In this document: one piece after another, positions 48,469 to 61,904 of the stretch
Numbering within the stretch: position 1 is the first letter of the stretch
Layout: every line of letters begins with the position of its first letter
Assembly (NCBI GenBank): GCA_026025795.1
Contig: JAPEUG010000022.1
Coordinates: 1-64,000, forward strand
Origin: Thelocarpon superellum
Taxonomy: Eukaryota
Direction: 5' to 3'
Length of the DNA: 64,000 nucleotides
Position numbers and translations under genes: made by a program
The notes under the pieces: model-generated
What the model saw: the letters and a program-made list of their open reading frames with translations, nothing else
What the model was told of the DNA's origin: nothing
The model's database searches: none

Positions 48469-50063
48469 CCTGCTCCCCACTCCTTCGCACCCCACCACAA
48501 CGCACACCCGCGACGTCTCCAGCTGAAGAGGCTATGCAGGATCCGTGCGACGGCAAGACGGGATTGATATCGATTTCGAGAGAAGGATAGGGGTGATGGA
48601 AGAGGATGATGGATATGAAGGCCACGCGAGGATGGACAGGAAGGCCACAAGAGGATAGTTATGAAGGCCACGACGAGGACGTCTCGACACGACGAGCTTG
48701 AGAGGGAGAGTCGGAGCCACGAAAGAGGACGATGCAGCTTTCCAACGGCGCAGCTATTTATCCAACCAGCAGAGCAGCACGTACAGGATTGGGAGGGGAG
48801 AAGAGGATGAAGCGGGCAAACGAACGCGTATTTGATATGCTATTGATGAGATCCGATCTATTCAGCGGACCGCATTCACTTGCGCGTGTTGCCACTAAAT
48901 GGGATTCTGACTCCCGAGCTCGGCTTTTTGAGCAGTGTTGTCACGGGGGTTGTTGCACATGTGCTCTACGATGCTCAATTCGAGCGAACGTGGGTGGGAG
49001 GGAGACTGAGGGGACGCCAAGCAGATGGAAGGTAAGCAGGGTTGAAGTCCTCCTCAGACTACGCATATGACACTCCGAGTCTCTACGAAGTCGATCATGG
49101 AGGAAATGAGCGATCGTGGAGCAAGAGAAAATCTGGGGGGGTAAATGGAGCAGGGGGCGGCCCCGATGCATAGAGGCGGAACAGGAACAGGGCATCTTGC
49201 TTGCGGATTATTGCATTATATATATGCAGAACCTCAGTTCAACATCTTCAATCTCATCACCCACTGTGTATCGCGAGGATAAGTTCGATGGGAGGGGAGA
49301 GAAGGCGTGAACACGCAGCATGAGATATACTCTTGTGTTTCCTGTTCGGCCTGACCAATCCCAGAACAAGATAGTTACTCGTTCTTCATCTTCTAGGAGT
49401 GGCTGTGTTCCATGGTAAGACCACGTACCAACACGTGTAAACCAGAATCAATATACACCTAGCGAGGGCAACGAAGGGTTTCTATGCGGGCGAAGAGATT
49501 GGAAGAAGTCGATAGGTCCTCATCCTTCTTACCCATACCGTGCCGAAAGAACAGCACATGTTACGCAATCCGATGTTTGTAGTTTCTGGAGTCTGTACTT
49601 GACCAGGCTCGTGTACCTGTACCGTGTGTAGGAAAACAGGATACATCTGCAACCTTTGCCATGTTGTCACAGTGGTGAGAGGACAAGAGGGAGCAAACGC
49701 CTCGAGGTGACCCAGCAACCTAAAAGCCATCACATCTCGACCTATTCATTATCAACAATATGGAAGATCTAGCACAATGGAAAACATCAGACTCTTCACA
49801 CCTTGAGACACTTCTTGACCTCTTCTGTCAGGGATCAGCAACAATCATCACATCTGTGACATTCTTTAGGGCTCATCTCGTTGTGTATGTCTGATTGATT
49901 ATTCTTCTAGCTAGGTGGGGAATTCTGCGATACGTATGGTACGTGGTGTACCACGTGACTGAACAGCGTCACATGACGTCATTGACACCATACGTCGTGA
50001 CATCTTCAGTACCACCAAGTAACTGATAGATACCGTACAAGCATTGCAGTAGATAACCTATTG

Positions 50064-50114
50064 CTCACTCGCTCACTCACTCTCTCATTCACTCACTCAC
50101 TCACTCACTCACTC
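50064..50114 (+). repeat. (CTCA)n microsatellite in an AT-richer, probably TE-derived tract
   Basis: Imperfect CTCA run of about 12 units. Confidence 0.85.
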
Positions 50115-51240
50115 TTGTTAAATACACATCTGTAGGAATCAGGACTGAATTGCTAATCTACGCGTAGTCTGGGACAGTAATAGGAGTGGGCACGTGACCA
50201 GATCATGTGCGCGCTCCTACACCATCTAGTTACAATACGTGAAAGGGAGGACAAGGGAAGCAGACGATTTACAAGTACCACCACTGTGCATGCCTTTGTG
50301 CGAGTCTTGTTGCTTGGATGCCGGATCTCCATATGATTTCGACCCCCCCTGATCTTCCATCAACCTCTTGTGGTGCATGATATCGTTGACCATCTATCCC
50401 AGCCATGATCTCCTCCATGTCTCGACTGTGGCGTGACCCAGAGACCTCTCCCGATCACAAGGCGTATGGTATACCCGCGTTGAATCTGATCGATGATTAC
50501 GGTCGCGCTTTTCTCTTCGCTTGCTTTGACGACGTGGTCGCCTCCGGCTTCGGGTGATTCCCCTCCGTCATGTACCAGCCTCCGCTGACCCAGGATGGAG
50601 TTACGCTTTTCCACTGCTGTTACATGTCAACAGATCGGAATCAGCCCTGAACCCTTGAGTTTTCGTTCAAAGGACGACTGGGAGACATGAAGGGTAATGA
50701 TCTCATTGTTGGAGCAAATTTGATGATTTCAGAACTTTATTCGGATCGGTAGTCATCTTCCTCCTTACCCCGCCAACCCTTCATCTTGTAGCCCTTGAAA
50801 CAAAACGCCATGCTTCTGGCCCCCACCCCCATTCACGTCCATTGCGGATTCTGAGATGGAAGATCCGTTATTCCCCGCCCAAACAAACCAGTACTTCCGA
50901 CTGAGACGGATCCTGTTCCTTCCCTTCCTTTCCCTTCCCGAATGACGCCGCGCCCTGAGAGATGCGCAAGATGTAGATATCGATGAGCTGAGATAGGCCG
51001 GCAGAGATTGAACACAGTCGGAAGCGGGGGCCGCCCAATGGCAGATGGTTCTGGGCTATATATACATGTGCATGAGAGGTTCATGGAGGATGGCGCTGAC
51101 TTCCTTTAGAAGGTGCTCATTCGTCATCCTCCGGCGCGTGGAGGTCGTCGTGTGGATGTGGTCGACGACGTCGTGCCGTCCATCGGCGCCCGTGCCTCAG
51201 GATGTGGCGAGGTAGAGTCTGGAAGGTGACCGCCTCGCAA

Positions 51241-51939
51241 TCACCTCCGCGTCGTGCGTCGCGGCTCGTACACCTCGCGCACCGGTCGATCGCCGCCGGC
51301 GAACCGGTCGGGATCGACGGTGCGAAAGCCACTCTCCACCCGATTCCTATTGCTCCTCTTGCGCCGCGGGGTGTCTCGCTCCTCAATCACCTCGACAATG
51401 TCGTCGTCCCGCTCGACTACCGGCGCCGATCTCCTCTCTTCAACTATGATTCTCTCAGTACGCGTTTCACGAACGGGACTTCTCCGTGGACGCGATCGAG
51501 ACCGCGAAGAAGACGACGACGACCGGGATACCTCGATGGTTTCCGCCCTTCTCGACGAGCGGGAGCCGCGTCGTGCGCGCACCACCACTTCCTCGTCGGT
51601 CACGCTGTCTCGCCCGCCCCACGGGTTGAGGCAGAGGTAGAACAGCCAGATGACGAAGACCGTCCCCGCCACCGACCCTAGCACGATCCCCGCCACCGTG
51701 CCAGGAGGCGTGCTGTTGTTTTGATCGCCGTAGGTGCTGGGGATCGCCACGATGGTCTGTCGCCGGAAGATGGATGCCATGCTCTCCCAAGGCGTGGCGA
51801 GGTGCCGCCCTCCCACCAACGACTCGTCTGGTATTGACGAAGCGTCGCGCTCATGTAATCCGGCATCGGAGAAGAGTGGCGGTAGATCGCGGGCGACTGT
51901 GTGCGCGCCGAGTTGAGGTGGCCATGCGAGAGGAGCCAT
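51241..51939 (-). CDS. Single-pass membrane protein with Arg/Glu/Ser-rich cytoplasmic tail
   Basis: IPSTYG..PPGTVAGIVLGSVAGTVFVIWLFYLCL (TM), then EVVVR, IIVEE, IVEVIEE and SGFRTVDPDRFAGGD. Confidence 0.75.
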   Translation of the reverse strand: MAPLAWPPQLGAHTVARDLPPLFSDAGLHERDASSIPDESLVGGRHLATPWESMASIFRRQTIVAIPSTYGDQNNSTPPGTVAGIVLGSVAGTVFVIWLFYLCLNPWGGRDSVTDEEVVVRARRGSRSSRRAETIEVSRSSSSSSRSRSRPRRSPVRETRTERIIVEERRSAPVVERDDDIVEVIEERDTPRRKRSNRNRVESGFRTVDPDRFAGGDRPVREVYEPRRTTRR

Positions 51940-54228
51940 GGTGCGGCTGAGGGGAACCGGTGCCCGGGCCGTCGGAAAACGGAGAGCCCAGCGCTCAGCG
52001 CTCACGCAAAGCTCGCGGCCCGCTGCTCGCGATACAGCGCGCGCAACCGCACAGCGATCGAATAATGTGACGTGGAGTCGCTGCGGACGACCGACGGAGG
52101 ATGGGGTCTTGGCGAGCGACTCGGAGGATGGTTCGCGGCGTGCAGGATGACGACGGCCACAACAATAACAGCGGTATCGTTCAGAGGATGGACGACATCG
52201 AGCGAAGCAGACGCTGATATAAAGATGCACGCGACGAGAGGGACGGCGGTCGCAGAAGGGTGCTCAAAGAATGCAGGACTCGATCGTGACGGATGTTTGC
52301 GATGGAGAGATTGGTCTGGTTGTGTTATTGACGCAATGATGGGGGGGCACGACAAAGCGAGGCGATAGGCAGTGGCAAGGAAATGCCTCGCGGCTCGGTC
52401 GCCCGTCGCAACGCCCGAATCTGTGTGGCTGGCCACTGATCCGAGCGAACGAGCCCACGCCTCACCCCGAATCTTCCACGGCCACTATGCGCCCACCGCT
52501 AATACCCCCTGCCGTCTGAGTACGAGGACTATCATAGTATGAGACTACTATTCTTACCTCCCATCTCGTCATGCGGCTGCCACGCAAGTCGGGCGAGCCC
52601 ACTTTGCCGCGGGCCCGCTGGTGGCACGAGGAAAATCGAGTGGCAGAGCGAGACCTGAAAATGCGGGAGGTTGACGCACCGCCTGATATCATCGAATCAG
52701 GCTGCGCTATAGCGTTGGCGACACGAACCTTGAACCGGGGATCGCAAAGCTTGGCACGGCAGTTTCACGCATCATCGCATCATCGTTGCTATTCCAAGCA
52801 CACGCCATGTGTAAGACTACAGCTTCTAGCATTCGAGTAGCCTTGGAACGGTGACGGGTGCGGAGTACAATTACCGAGCACTCCCCCCTCCGTGGAGACT
52901 CAGAGGTTTGGGACGAGTATGTCTTTCTATTTTCCTACGAGAGCGCACCGGCCCTACGCATCCGTTGGACTAGGAGACGCACGAAACCTCCGGCCACACG
53001 ATGATGGTCTTAATTCGGGCACGACCCACGCGTACCTCAGCTGCCGCTGTCGAGAGCGAGGGCCGTCTTACCGGAATGGACCACATGGCGCGATGGTTGG
53101 TCTTGGGTCGTAGGGCATCCGAGACTTCGGCCCTTAGAACATACCAAACGGCTTCACTTGGATGGCAGAGACAAGAGGCACATTCTGATCGCCTTTTAAG
53201 GCCCAGTCACCCGGAGAGCAGGCTTCGTTGATCCTGATCACGAGCTCCCGCACGGAGGTCATCAAAGGCGGTGGTCAGTTATTATGTGGCTGGTGTGGTC
53301 GCTTGTGCGTCGGAGTGTCCATGCGCACAGGCGGAGGATAAGGGACGAGGCGGACGAACTAGCCCCTCTGTACCGAATTGAGCCTGTCAACACCTCGGTT
53401 GTCCCGCAACGCGAGGCGACCGAGCCGTCAGACCACCAGGATCCTTTGCCTCAATGAGTTGCCGGCTGGTTTTCAGCCTACGCCGGCGCGCAGTTTACAT
53501 ACCACACCGGCACGGAAGCCTCGCACCATGCCCCGCAGGCTCCACCCATAGCCTCAACCATGACTCGTTTAGTGCCGGGTGCAGTCGCCTCTCTGGTTCC
53601 ACCCCCGTGTCCACCGGAGACTCCGGAGGAGGGCCAGTGAAATTGCACGGCATCACGATCATCCGATGATTAGCTAAGGCCGCAACGTCTTGGTAAAGCG
53701 CAGTCCTACCATTCGGCCCGTCCGCTAGGCCGCTGCGCAGCGTTGCGCGGACGAAGGAATGCGACCGGACACACCGACCGGACATACCGGAAGGAATAAA
53801 GACCGTCCAGCATAGCTCTGCCAGGCTGACCGCCGGCCGAGACTTTGGTCCGGGACCAGTTGACGGGCCACCGGACCTTTGCGTGGCCCACACGTAGGCG
53901 TAAGCGGCCTTTCGCTCCGGCAAGTACCGCTAGTTCCCCGCCTGGTCGTACCACGACAGGTGGGAAGAGCATAACAATAGGTCTGTGCAAGACGGGCCAC
54001 AGGCACCATTGATGAAGCTGGGTGCGATCCGGCAGCGACCATCGTCGACCATTACGTCGGGCGCGGCAGCCTGGGAAAGGGCCGCTACGACAGCAATTCC
54101 TATTTATACTCGGAAACTCTTCTCGCCGTGGTGACCAGGTTCAAAGGAGAAGACCAAGAGCGCATTGATCAAGAGCAACCTCACCTACTCGTGCACCCGT
54201 CCCTTGTCCTCTGACTGCTACCACCAAC

Positions 54229-55536
54229 ATGGGTGGCGCAACCTCCAACTTCTTCAGCCAGTCGTGGCCACCGAAACCGAGCTTTACGGAGCAATCGCTT
54301 TCCAGTCTTCAGGGAAAGGTACGCCTGACTTTGGGCCCTACATAGTCCCGCCGTGACCAATGATGGGTATCTATAGGTCTTCATCGTGACCGGTGGGGCG
54401 TCTGGCGTCGGCTTCGAATTGGTCAAGCTGCTGTATCAAAAGGAGGGGACGGTCTACGTCGCCGGCCGTTCCGAGCAAAATGGCATCACTGCCATCAAAC
54501 AAGTCCTAGCCGACGTGCCCTCGTCCAAGGGAAAGATCGAGTTCCTCCACCTAGACCTGAGTGATTTGGCCGGCATCCAAAAGTCCGCCGAGACGTTCAC
54601 GTCCAAGCAGAATCGGTTGGATGTCTTGTGGAACAATGCGGGTGCGCTCCCTCTGGAAGCTCGAGCGCATTGGGAACTGGCGCTGATTCTACTACGTAGG
54701 TGTCATGATCCCGCCTAAGGGTAGCAAGAGCAAACAGGTGAGCGCAAACAAGTCCAACGCTGTCCAAAACACACGAGTGGAGTGGAGCGGTAACGAGAGA
54801 TGCCTTGCGCAAAGGACCACGAGCTCCAGCTGGCGACCAATTGCTTGGGGCCCCTCCTCTTCACCCAACTGCTCCTGCCTCTGATGCAAACGACCGCCAA
54901 ATCCGCCCCGGCAAATTCGGTTCGCGTGATCTGGACGGGATCTCTGACGGTCGATTTGCAAGCTCCCAAGGGCGGCGTCGTGGTGGATGAGCTGAAGGCT
55001 CAGCGAAATCTGGGACAAGATGTCCTCTACGCGGAAAGCAAATGCGGGAACGTCTTCCTGGCATCCGAGTTCGCCAAGGTCTCCGGCAAGGACGGCATCG
55101 TCTCGGTGGTAAGTCGCTCGTCTTATTGTTGCGACCGAAGACGAGGACTAACCGTAGGATCAGTCGCTGAATCCAGGTAACCTGAAATCGCCCCTTCAAC
55201 GCCACATGCCGGCCTATCAGCGATTTGTCTTGGTGGGTAGTTGAATGCGATGCCCGATCATCACCGAGACCTTCCTCCCGCTGACGTTGCCACGCCTAGA
55301 ACCCCCTTCTCCATGATCCGGTCTACGGCGCGTACACGGAGTTGTTTGCCGGGCTGTCTCCCGATGTGACAACGGAACAAAACGGGGCCGCGCTGATCCC
55401 CTGGGGTCGCTTCCACGACTTTTCCCGTGTGAGACCGGACATTGCCCAGTCCCTCAAGTCGGAATCCGAAGGTGGGACTGGGGTGGCCGCAAAATTTTAT
55501 GAGTGGTGCGAGAGGGAGGTTCAGCGTTATCGCTAA
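54229..55536 (+). CDS. Short-chain dehydrogenase/reductase (retinol dehydrogenase-like), multi-exon
   Basis: PPKPSFTE..GK|VFIVTGGASGVG; LDLSDL; WNNAG; ELQLATNCLGP; YAESK; LNPGNLKS; GAYTELFAGLSP; IPWGR. Five introns. Confidence 0.93.
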
Positions 55537-57058
55537 CACCGTACCCAACGTGCCGTGACGATGTCTGGTCGGCGGCGCACCGACACCGTGACGGTCTTAG
55601 CTCGTCGGCACAGGCCAGGACGACCTTGTCTACAGCGATACCTAGCGTAGTACCTGACAAGGACAAGTTTTGCACGCCGTTTCGGCCCAGATCCGAACGT
55701 CCTTTGATTCTCTGTTCCTGGCCAGGATGACCCTGCTCGTGGCGCTCTAGAGCGCTCATGATGCGCCCACGATCGAGTCCCCCGGCCGGAGCGATTGGTG
55801 CACCGAAGGCAACCAAAACTTCGGCAGAGGGGTTTTAACCCTTGGATGGGAGGTTCCGTGCCCCCTTCCCTGTGCATTTGGCCTGGAGCCAATCAACCGC
55901 CGTGCTGTTCGAAACCGCGTGCTTGTGCCTGTCACGGATGACATTCTGACATGGCCGGGCGGGACGCGATCAACGGAGCGATGACGGGGATCGACCTTTA
56001 TTATCACGTGTAGATCTGGCTGCATCCTTCATGGATACGGCTCACAGGTAGAATCGCAGCGGTCACCTTCCTAAACGAGCGACGTTGGCGGGCAACTTGC
56101 GGCCGGGGTACGCCACGAAGATCGCCCATCGCGAAGGCTTCCAGGCTTCCATGCTTCCGTGCATGACACGGCCGAGAAGAGTAGTCGCGTTCAGGGTAGT
56201 ATGGGGTAAAGAGCAAGGATGGGTTGGACAGAATGCGGCCGAGTTCGTCATGATACTTCGTGGTCTGTCTCCACCCTGGCCCTAACGGCGAGCAGGTGCC
56301 TTTGGCGTGGCGGGTCAACGGCGAGCCTTATCGCTTGCCTAGCCTCACCCTCAACAAGTTGCCGCGAAATGTTTCTCCCACGCCAAGGGAAAGTTCTAGC
56401 ATGAAGCCTGCTCGTACTCGTTCGGACGGGGTGTGACCTAGCACGACGTGGCGTTGTCCTGGCACCTCGATCGACCGATGCGGTCTGATCAATCGCCTTT
56501 AGTTCTCCTCCGAGAGACTTATCGCCTGCGAGACATGCCACGGCCCAGCTAGCCGGGAACCGGGGCGAGGTCACGTCATCTATTGCAGGCGGCTTCCGTG
56601 GTCGAGGATGACAATGTTCATCCGCAGCGTCGGCACCACGTCGTGGGCCGACGGAGATGGGCCGGCGGCTCGGGGTTCGGCGACAGGAGCTGAAGGCTGA
56701 ACGATGAGTCCAGTCGCGATGCAAGCCTACGCTCTGTAACAGTGAGCCTGGTCAGACGTCAGACGTCGACCGTTGATTGGGGGCTGTGCGCTTCATCCGA
56801 GGCTTCCTGACTCGACCCAAGTAGTCCGGAGCAGTAGTGCTCTCCTCGCCACGCCGGGGCCCCGCGACCCAATAGGAGCCAGGTTGTGCCTATCGCCATC
56901 CATCGCGCGCGTGCCCTCATCCTTTGTAGCGACGCAGTTGACGCACAACGCACGACACGCTACCGGTAGTACCGGTACCACCCCGTAGTCCGACGCAGTC
57001 GTGGGAGAAGCCCGCTTATCAGGATGGTGGGTCCTTGGCGGGCACGCAGCAAGCGGCG

Positions 57059-57095
57059 GTGGGTTGGCCGTGGGTTGGCCGTGGGTTGGCCGTGG
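57059..57095 (+). repeat. 11-bp tandem repeat GTGGGTTGGCC x3
   Basis: Exact units at 57059, 57070 and 57081, plus a partial unit. Confidence 0.85.
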
Positions 57096-57790
57096 CCCCC
57101 CCCACCTCCGACACCCCTTCGTCGGAGGAGTGCGGCGGACGACAGGCTGATTTCGGGCTAAGGTCGAGTTCGCCCACGGCAGATCGTCACCACACCGCAC
57201 TGAGGTCACACCCCGGTCCAGGCGATCCCAACATCGGAGGGGAAATGCAGATGCTCAGCACCGCGGCGGCGGCGGCGGCGTCGCCGCACAACCAGTCCCA
57301 CCACGGTCGCGTGGCTCGTCTTTGGGTTTGCCCAGCTACGGGGCTATCTGCTGAACGTCCCTCGCTGGAAGGATTTCGCCTACCGTCCTTCGCGACTCGG
57401 CTATAGGGTCGCTCTCGTGTCCTGTTGCCCAGGGCCCCCGTCCGCCACATCCGTCTATGCTCGTGTCTGTGTGCGTGCGCGCTCTTCCCTCGGCCTCTCC
57501 TCTCCATATTTTCTCTCGTTCCCCTTGCTGGCCCAGCGTGCGAGTTGGCCCTCCCGTCGTCGTGGCGCCATCGTGTCGTGGAGTTGTCCTTGCACGACTC
57601 ACCGCCGCTTGAATATGGTTCACGCGCGACAGCTGACTGCCGAGTCGCGGTCTCTGGAGGGGCTGCCCCACTCGGCGAGATAGTCATTGGTCGAGCGTCA
57701 CCGCTGGGCGCATCGGTGCACGATATCACCCCACCACACCGCGCTCGCCCCTCTCCGGAGGGGGACGGGCGTCGTCGTCCTCTCCTCAAC

Positions 57791-59714
57791 ATGCTCGAGC
57801 CACGGTTATATTCGGACGACCCGCCCCCAGTTCGCACCTTTGTCCAGGACAATCCGACCTTACTCGTGAGCTGGTGGTGTACTGGCTTCGCCTTGACCAT
57901 CATCCTGTTTCGGCTGGCTGGACGTCTGGTGCGCACCGAGCGATTGTTTCGCGAGGACAAGATCATGGCGCTCGCCATCATCCCCCTCCTGGCCCGCATG
58001 GCGCTGGTGCATGTGGTGTTGTTGTGGGGCACGAACAATGTCGTCACCACCAGCCTGACCCCCGAAGACGTCTACCACCGTCAGATCGGCAGCGGCTTGG
58101 TCCTCGCCTCACGCATCATGTATGCGGCGGTACTCTGGGTGCAGAAGCTGACCATCACGGAATTCTTTACCCGCATCACGAACTCCTTCTGGAAACGATC
58201 GTCCGAGCTGGGCATCTCCTTCTTGCGCTGGTTTCTCCTTGCCACCTTCACGGCCGTGGTCATCGCCACCCTCGGCGAGTGCCATCCCTTCGATCGCTAT
58301 TGGCAGGTCATCCCTGACCCGGGGCCACAATGTCGCCAGGCCTATGCCCAGTTGCTCACCATGGGGGCTGCCAACGTCCTCACCGATCTCCTCCTCATTG
58401 GATTTCCGATTCCCATCATTCTGCGCTCGGCCATGAAGCTGATGAGGTATGCGGGATGAGCCTTGGCATTAATGTCTTCCGGCTGCCTGCTAATGCAACG
58501 TCAGGAAATTTGAGCTCATCCTGCTATTTGCTCTGTCCATCGTGCCTATCATCATCACCCTCATTCGCATTCCAAGCATCATCGGGTACCAAGGACGGCA
58601 ACAGTCGCGGACCCTCTGGGCGTCCATCGAGATCCTCTTCGCCACTGCCTGCACCAACGCCCTCGTCCTGGGCTCTTTTGTGCGTGATCGCGGGCCGAAG
58701 AAGCAGCGGTTCAAATTTGGCTCGGCCAGCGATAGTCTAAGTCGACCGTCGACGAGACGCGACCTAGGTCGGACCGACACAAACTGGGGGAGCGATGAAG
58801 ATCTCGTGCGTGGGATGGGACTCAACCTGCAGCCTGAGCTGCGGGACCCCGAAAAGATGGCGCAAGCCGCGCGACCCGCACCAGTCGCACTACCGGGCCG
58901 ATCACGGTCGCAATCGTCCCCTCCGATCAACATGGTCATACCTGCCTGGCGGTTTCCCACGGACGAGAAGATACCTGGAGATCTTGACGAGATTCGAGCC
59001 ATTGGGGGAGATCGAAGCCCCGGCGAGGTTACACTCATGACGCCGCGGAAGGTCTCGTTCTTTGATGTCGGCGGCCTGCTCGATGATGGCACCCGTCGAC
59101 AAAGCGGTTCGACGCTGCAAACGATGGATCCCCGCTTTTCCATTCACTCGGTTGATTTTGCCGTACCGGAACGGTGCCGTCTGTCGAGTCGACAAGGTTC
59201 GACGGCGCTATTGCACGATGTTGGTGGGCTGTTGACCACCCCCGAAGGCGCATCCGAGTCGGACGTACCGTGCAGCTCCTCTGCCACCTCCGATACGTAT
59301 GTGGCAACGGAGGCAAGAGCCATCATTTCAGCACTCCGGATTCCCCCGAGCGCCCGCCAGCAGGCGCAGATCAACGCTCAGACGGCCACACGGCAGGGAA
59401 GGGTGCAGTCGCTCCAAGATGTCGGCGGTCTCTTGGACACCGTGGGCGAGATTCCCACACATGCAAGCTCCCATCATGACGACCTCGGCTCTTCCTTACA
59501 GGATCTCCAAGACGTTGGTGGTCTCCTCGAGCCTGACGGTGACGCTGAGATTTCGCCTACTTGTCCCCCAACGAACCGTCGGTCTAGCGTGCCGGTGACG
59601 GACATCGGCCCGATTCAAGATTCGACCTCCAACATTCCTGTGGACGCCCCTATGGACGTTTCCGATGAGGGTGTGATTCGTACCGATCATCAACAACAAC
59701 ATTCCCCGCGATGA
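57791..59714 (+). CDS. PTH11-like (fungal rhodopsin-domain) integral membrane protein without CFEM
   Basis: Seven hydrophobic segments; LWVQKLTI; ECHPFDRYWQVIPDPGPQC; NVLTDLLLIGFPIP; WASIE. One intron at ~58447-58504. Long cytoplasmic tail. Confidence 0.88.
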
Positions 59715-60125
59715 CGGCCAATGTTCTCTCCAAACCTCTCCCCTTCGCTTCTTACGACCTTGCGCTATCTCCTCATGACCGTGGTCTTTTCAGTTTCAGT
59801 TTTAAGAGAGACGTTATTTTCAACGAGTCATGATCCAGCATTTTCAGGTGTCCAGTCCGGGAGGGGAAGAGCTCCCCCAGTCGTTACAAGGTTTTCTTGC
59901 TTATGGTCAGGGATAATGTCTACATGGGCCTTGGAGGACAGGAGGAGAACTGGATTGGACTTTGCATCCACGGACGCCGGGCGGGCTTTTGAAGGACTGA
60001 GTCCAGGGCAGGCTTGGGCGGGTTGGATCCGGGGCCGGAATTGGAATGTTATGGCCAACGACTCCAGCTAGATACCGCTCGGTATGGAGCGCTTTTCTCG
60101 AAATAGAAAGCGAAGAATCAAAAGA

Positions 60126-61138
60126 TTACTCCAGATTGGACGCTCGCAAGGTGACATCATTGTTGACGTCTGCCGAGGTGGTACTCTTCTCATCTTGCAC
60201 AATGTGCAAGATGCTCATCGTGAGACAGTCTCTCTCTGCCAACGCCGCGGGCGTCACACGACCATACGCTTGATTGGTCTGCGCAACGACAGTCTCCTCC
60301 CAGCACTGGCCCACCTCTTTCCTCCCCGCATCGTCCCAGCAGGCATGGACGGTCCCACCAATATTATCCAAGAGAGCCCGCCAACCCCTTGCCCCCCCAC
60401 TCTGATGATAGCTCTTGAAAGGATTAACCGCCCATCGCGGGCCCACGGATGATGTCACGAGGGCATCCAGATCCGCAACGCCAATCACACCAGCAGAGAC
60501 CAGATGCACGCTCTCGCGGAGCAGCGCAAACGCCAATCGAATCGCGACGAAGCCCAAGCACTCCTTTTGGAGCACGGCGGGTGCGCGGCCGCGCTCTCGC
60601 CAATACGCCACCGTTGCATCGACGACACCCGGCGACGTGTGCACGGATGGTACTACCTCCAGCAGCGGCATGATGTGCGGTGAGTTGTAGGGGTGCACGA
60701 CTACCAGACGCTCCGGGCGCGGCATGACGCCCGAATGTACCAAGGCCGGGATGCCGGATGTGCTTCTCCATAGGAGAGCATGGTAGGGTGCATGGACCCC
60801 GACTTTTGGGCAGAGGGTGCTTATGAAGCTGGTGGATTCCGGGCCTTATTCTTGGATCATTCCGGCGCTCTGGACGGCGCGTGGCAGGTTGGGCTCAAGG
60901 CGGAGGAGGTCCGTTGCGAGGTGGTGGTCTACAGTTGCTGCCGTTGGAGAGGGAGAAGCGCTGTTGAGGCTGTGGCGGTCGAGGTAGGACGGAAGGATGG
61001 TACGAATGTAGGAACGCAGTTGGTGACGACGACGGAGCCCGAGGCGCTGGATGGAGTGAAATGTAGTGCGGCGAACGACAGACCTGTTGTGCTGCATCTG
61101 ATCAGAGTGATGTTCTTCACGCCCGAGGTCTCCTCCAT
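60126..61138 (-). pseudogene. 3-hydroxyacyl-CoA dehydrogenase family (lambda-crystallin-like) pseudogene
   Basis: NAD motif decayed to ITLIRCSTTGLSFAALH; frameshift near 61020; IQE*GPE with TAA at 60846-60848; then STSGIPA, VHPYNSPHIMPLLEVVP, GFVAIRLAFALLRE and GPRWA. Confidence 0.85.
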
Positions 61139-61904
61139 TACAGACTTCTCTACACAGGCTTTGGAGTCTCTGGAGCTCCGCTTAGTATTTCTGGAGCTCT
61201 CCTAACGAAACGCACCAGTTGACGATAACACTAACAACCAGCTTTTGGAGTGCCCCGCGATTACATCACAGCTCGTCGAGGTCGGGAGCGCCCCACCATT
61301 AGCCGGCAGCTACTAGTAATTGCTGCCAGTGGTCAAGTGCTGTAAGAACCCCGACCAAACGACGGCAGTATGCTGGGTACGCATCTCGGCGCAGATCTCA
61401 GGACACCTATCTGAGCGTGCCCGGGCGTTGCTGCTGGGATCTGGAAGAGGGGTATTCCGGATAAGGGGAGCACAGGGGAGACTTTCCTCTGGGCTCTAGA
61501 CGAGGGTCTGTGGTTGCATTGCTACTGGCAGGTAAACGCCTACGCAGGATCTCGGGAAGGCATCTAGGAGAAGGCAGAGTTCCACCTTCACTATCCCACA
61601 GATGTGTACAAGATTTCCTGATCGGACAAGAAGGTAAAGACTAGACACCTACCATTAGCCAGCCATACAGCTCGGCCTCTCCGTGTAGTACTCACACCCT
61701 CCCTCGGTAGAACTTTGTAGACTTGACATCACGTGCTGTCTGGCCAAATCAGCGGCCAGTCGTTGACGCGCTGGCTGGTGCCAAAGGGTGCCTGGTGCAT
61801 GCGTCTAACCACTTTGGGATCAAGAACAAAGGCTGCTCCGCCAGCCAAAAACACCTGATTGCTGGTCAAGCACTTGGTGGCGTTCTCCCTCAGGTTATAC
61901 TCTC

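Noticed and set aside
57425..57790. Non-AUG in-frame extension of the PTH11-like gene
   Set aside because: A GC-rich leader can stay open by chance; family-like sequence begins at ATG 57791.
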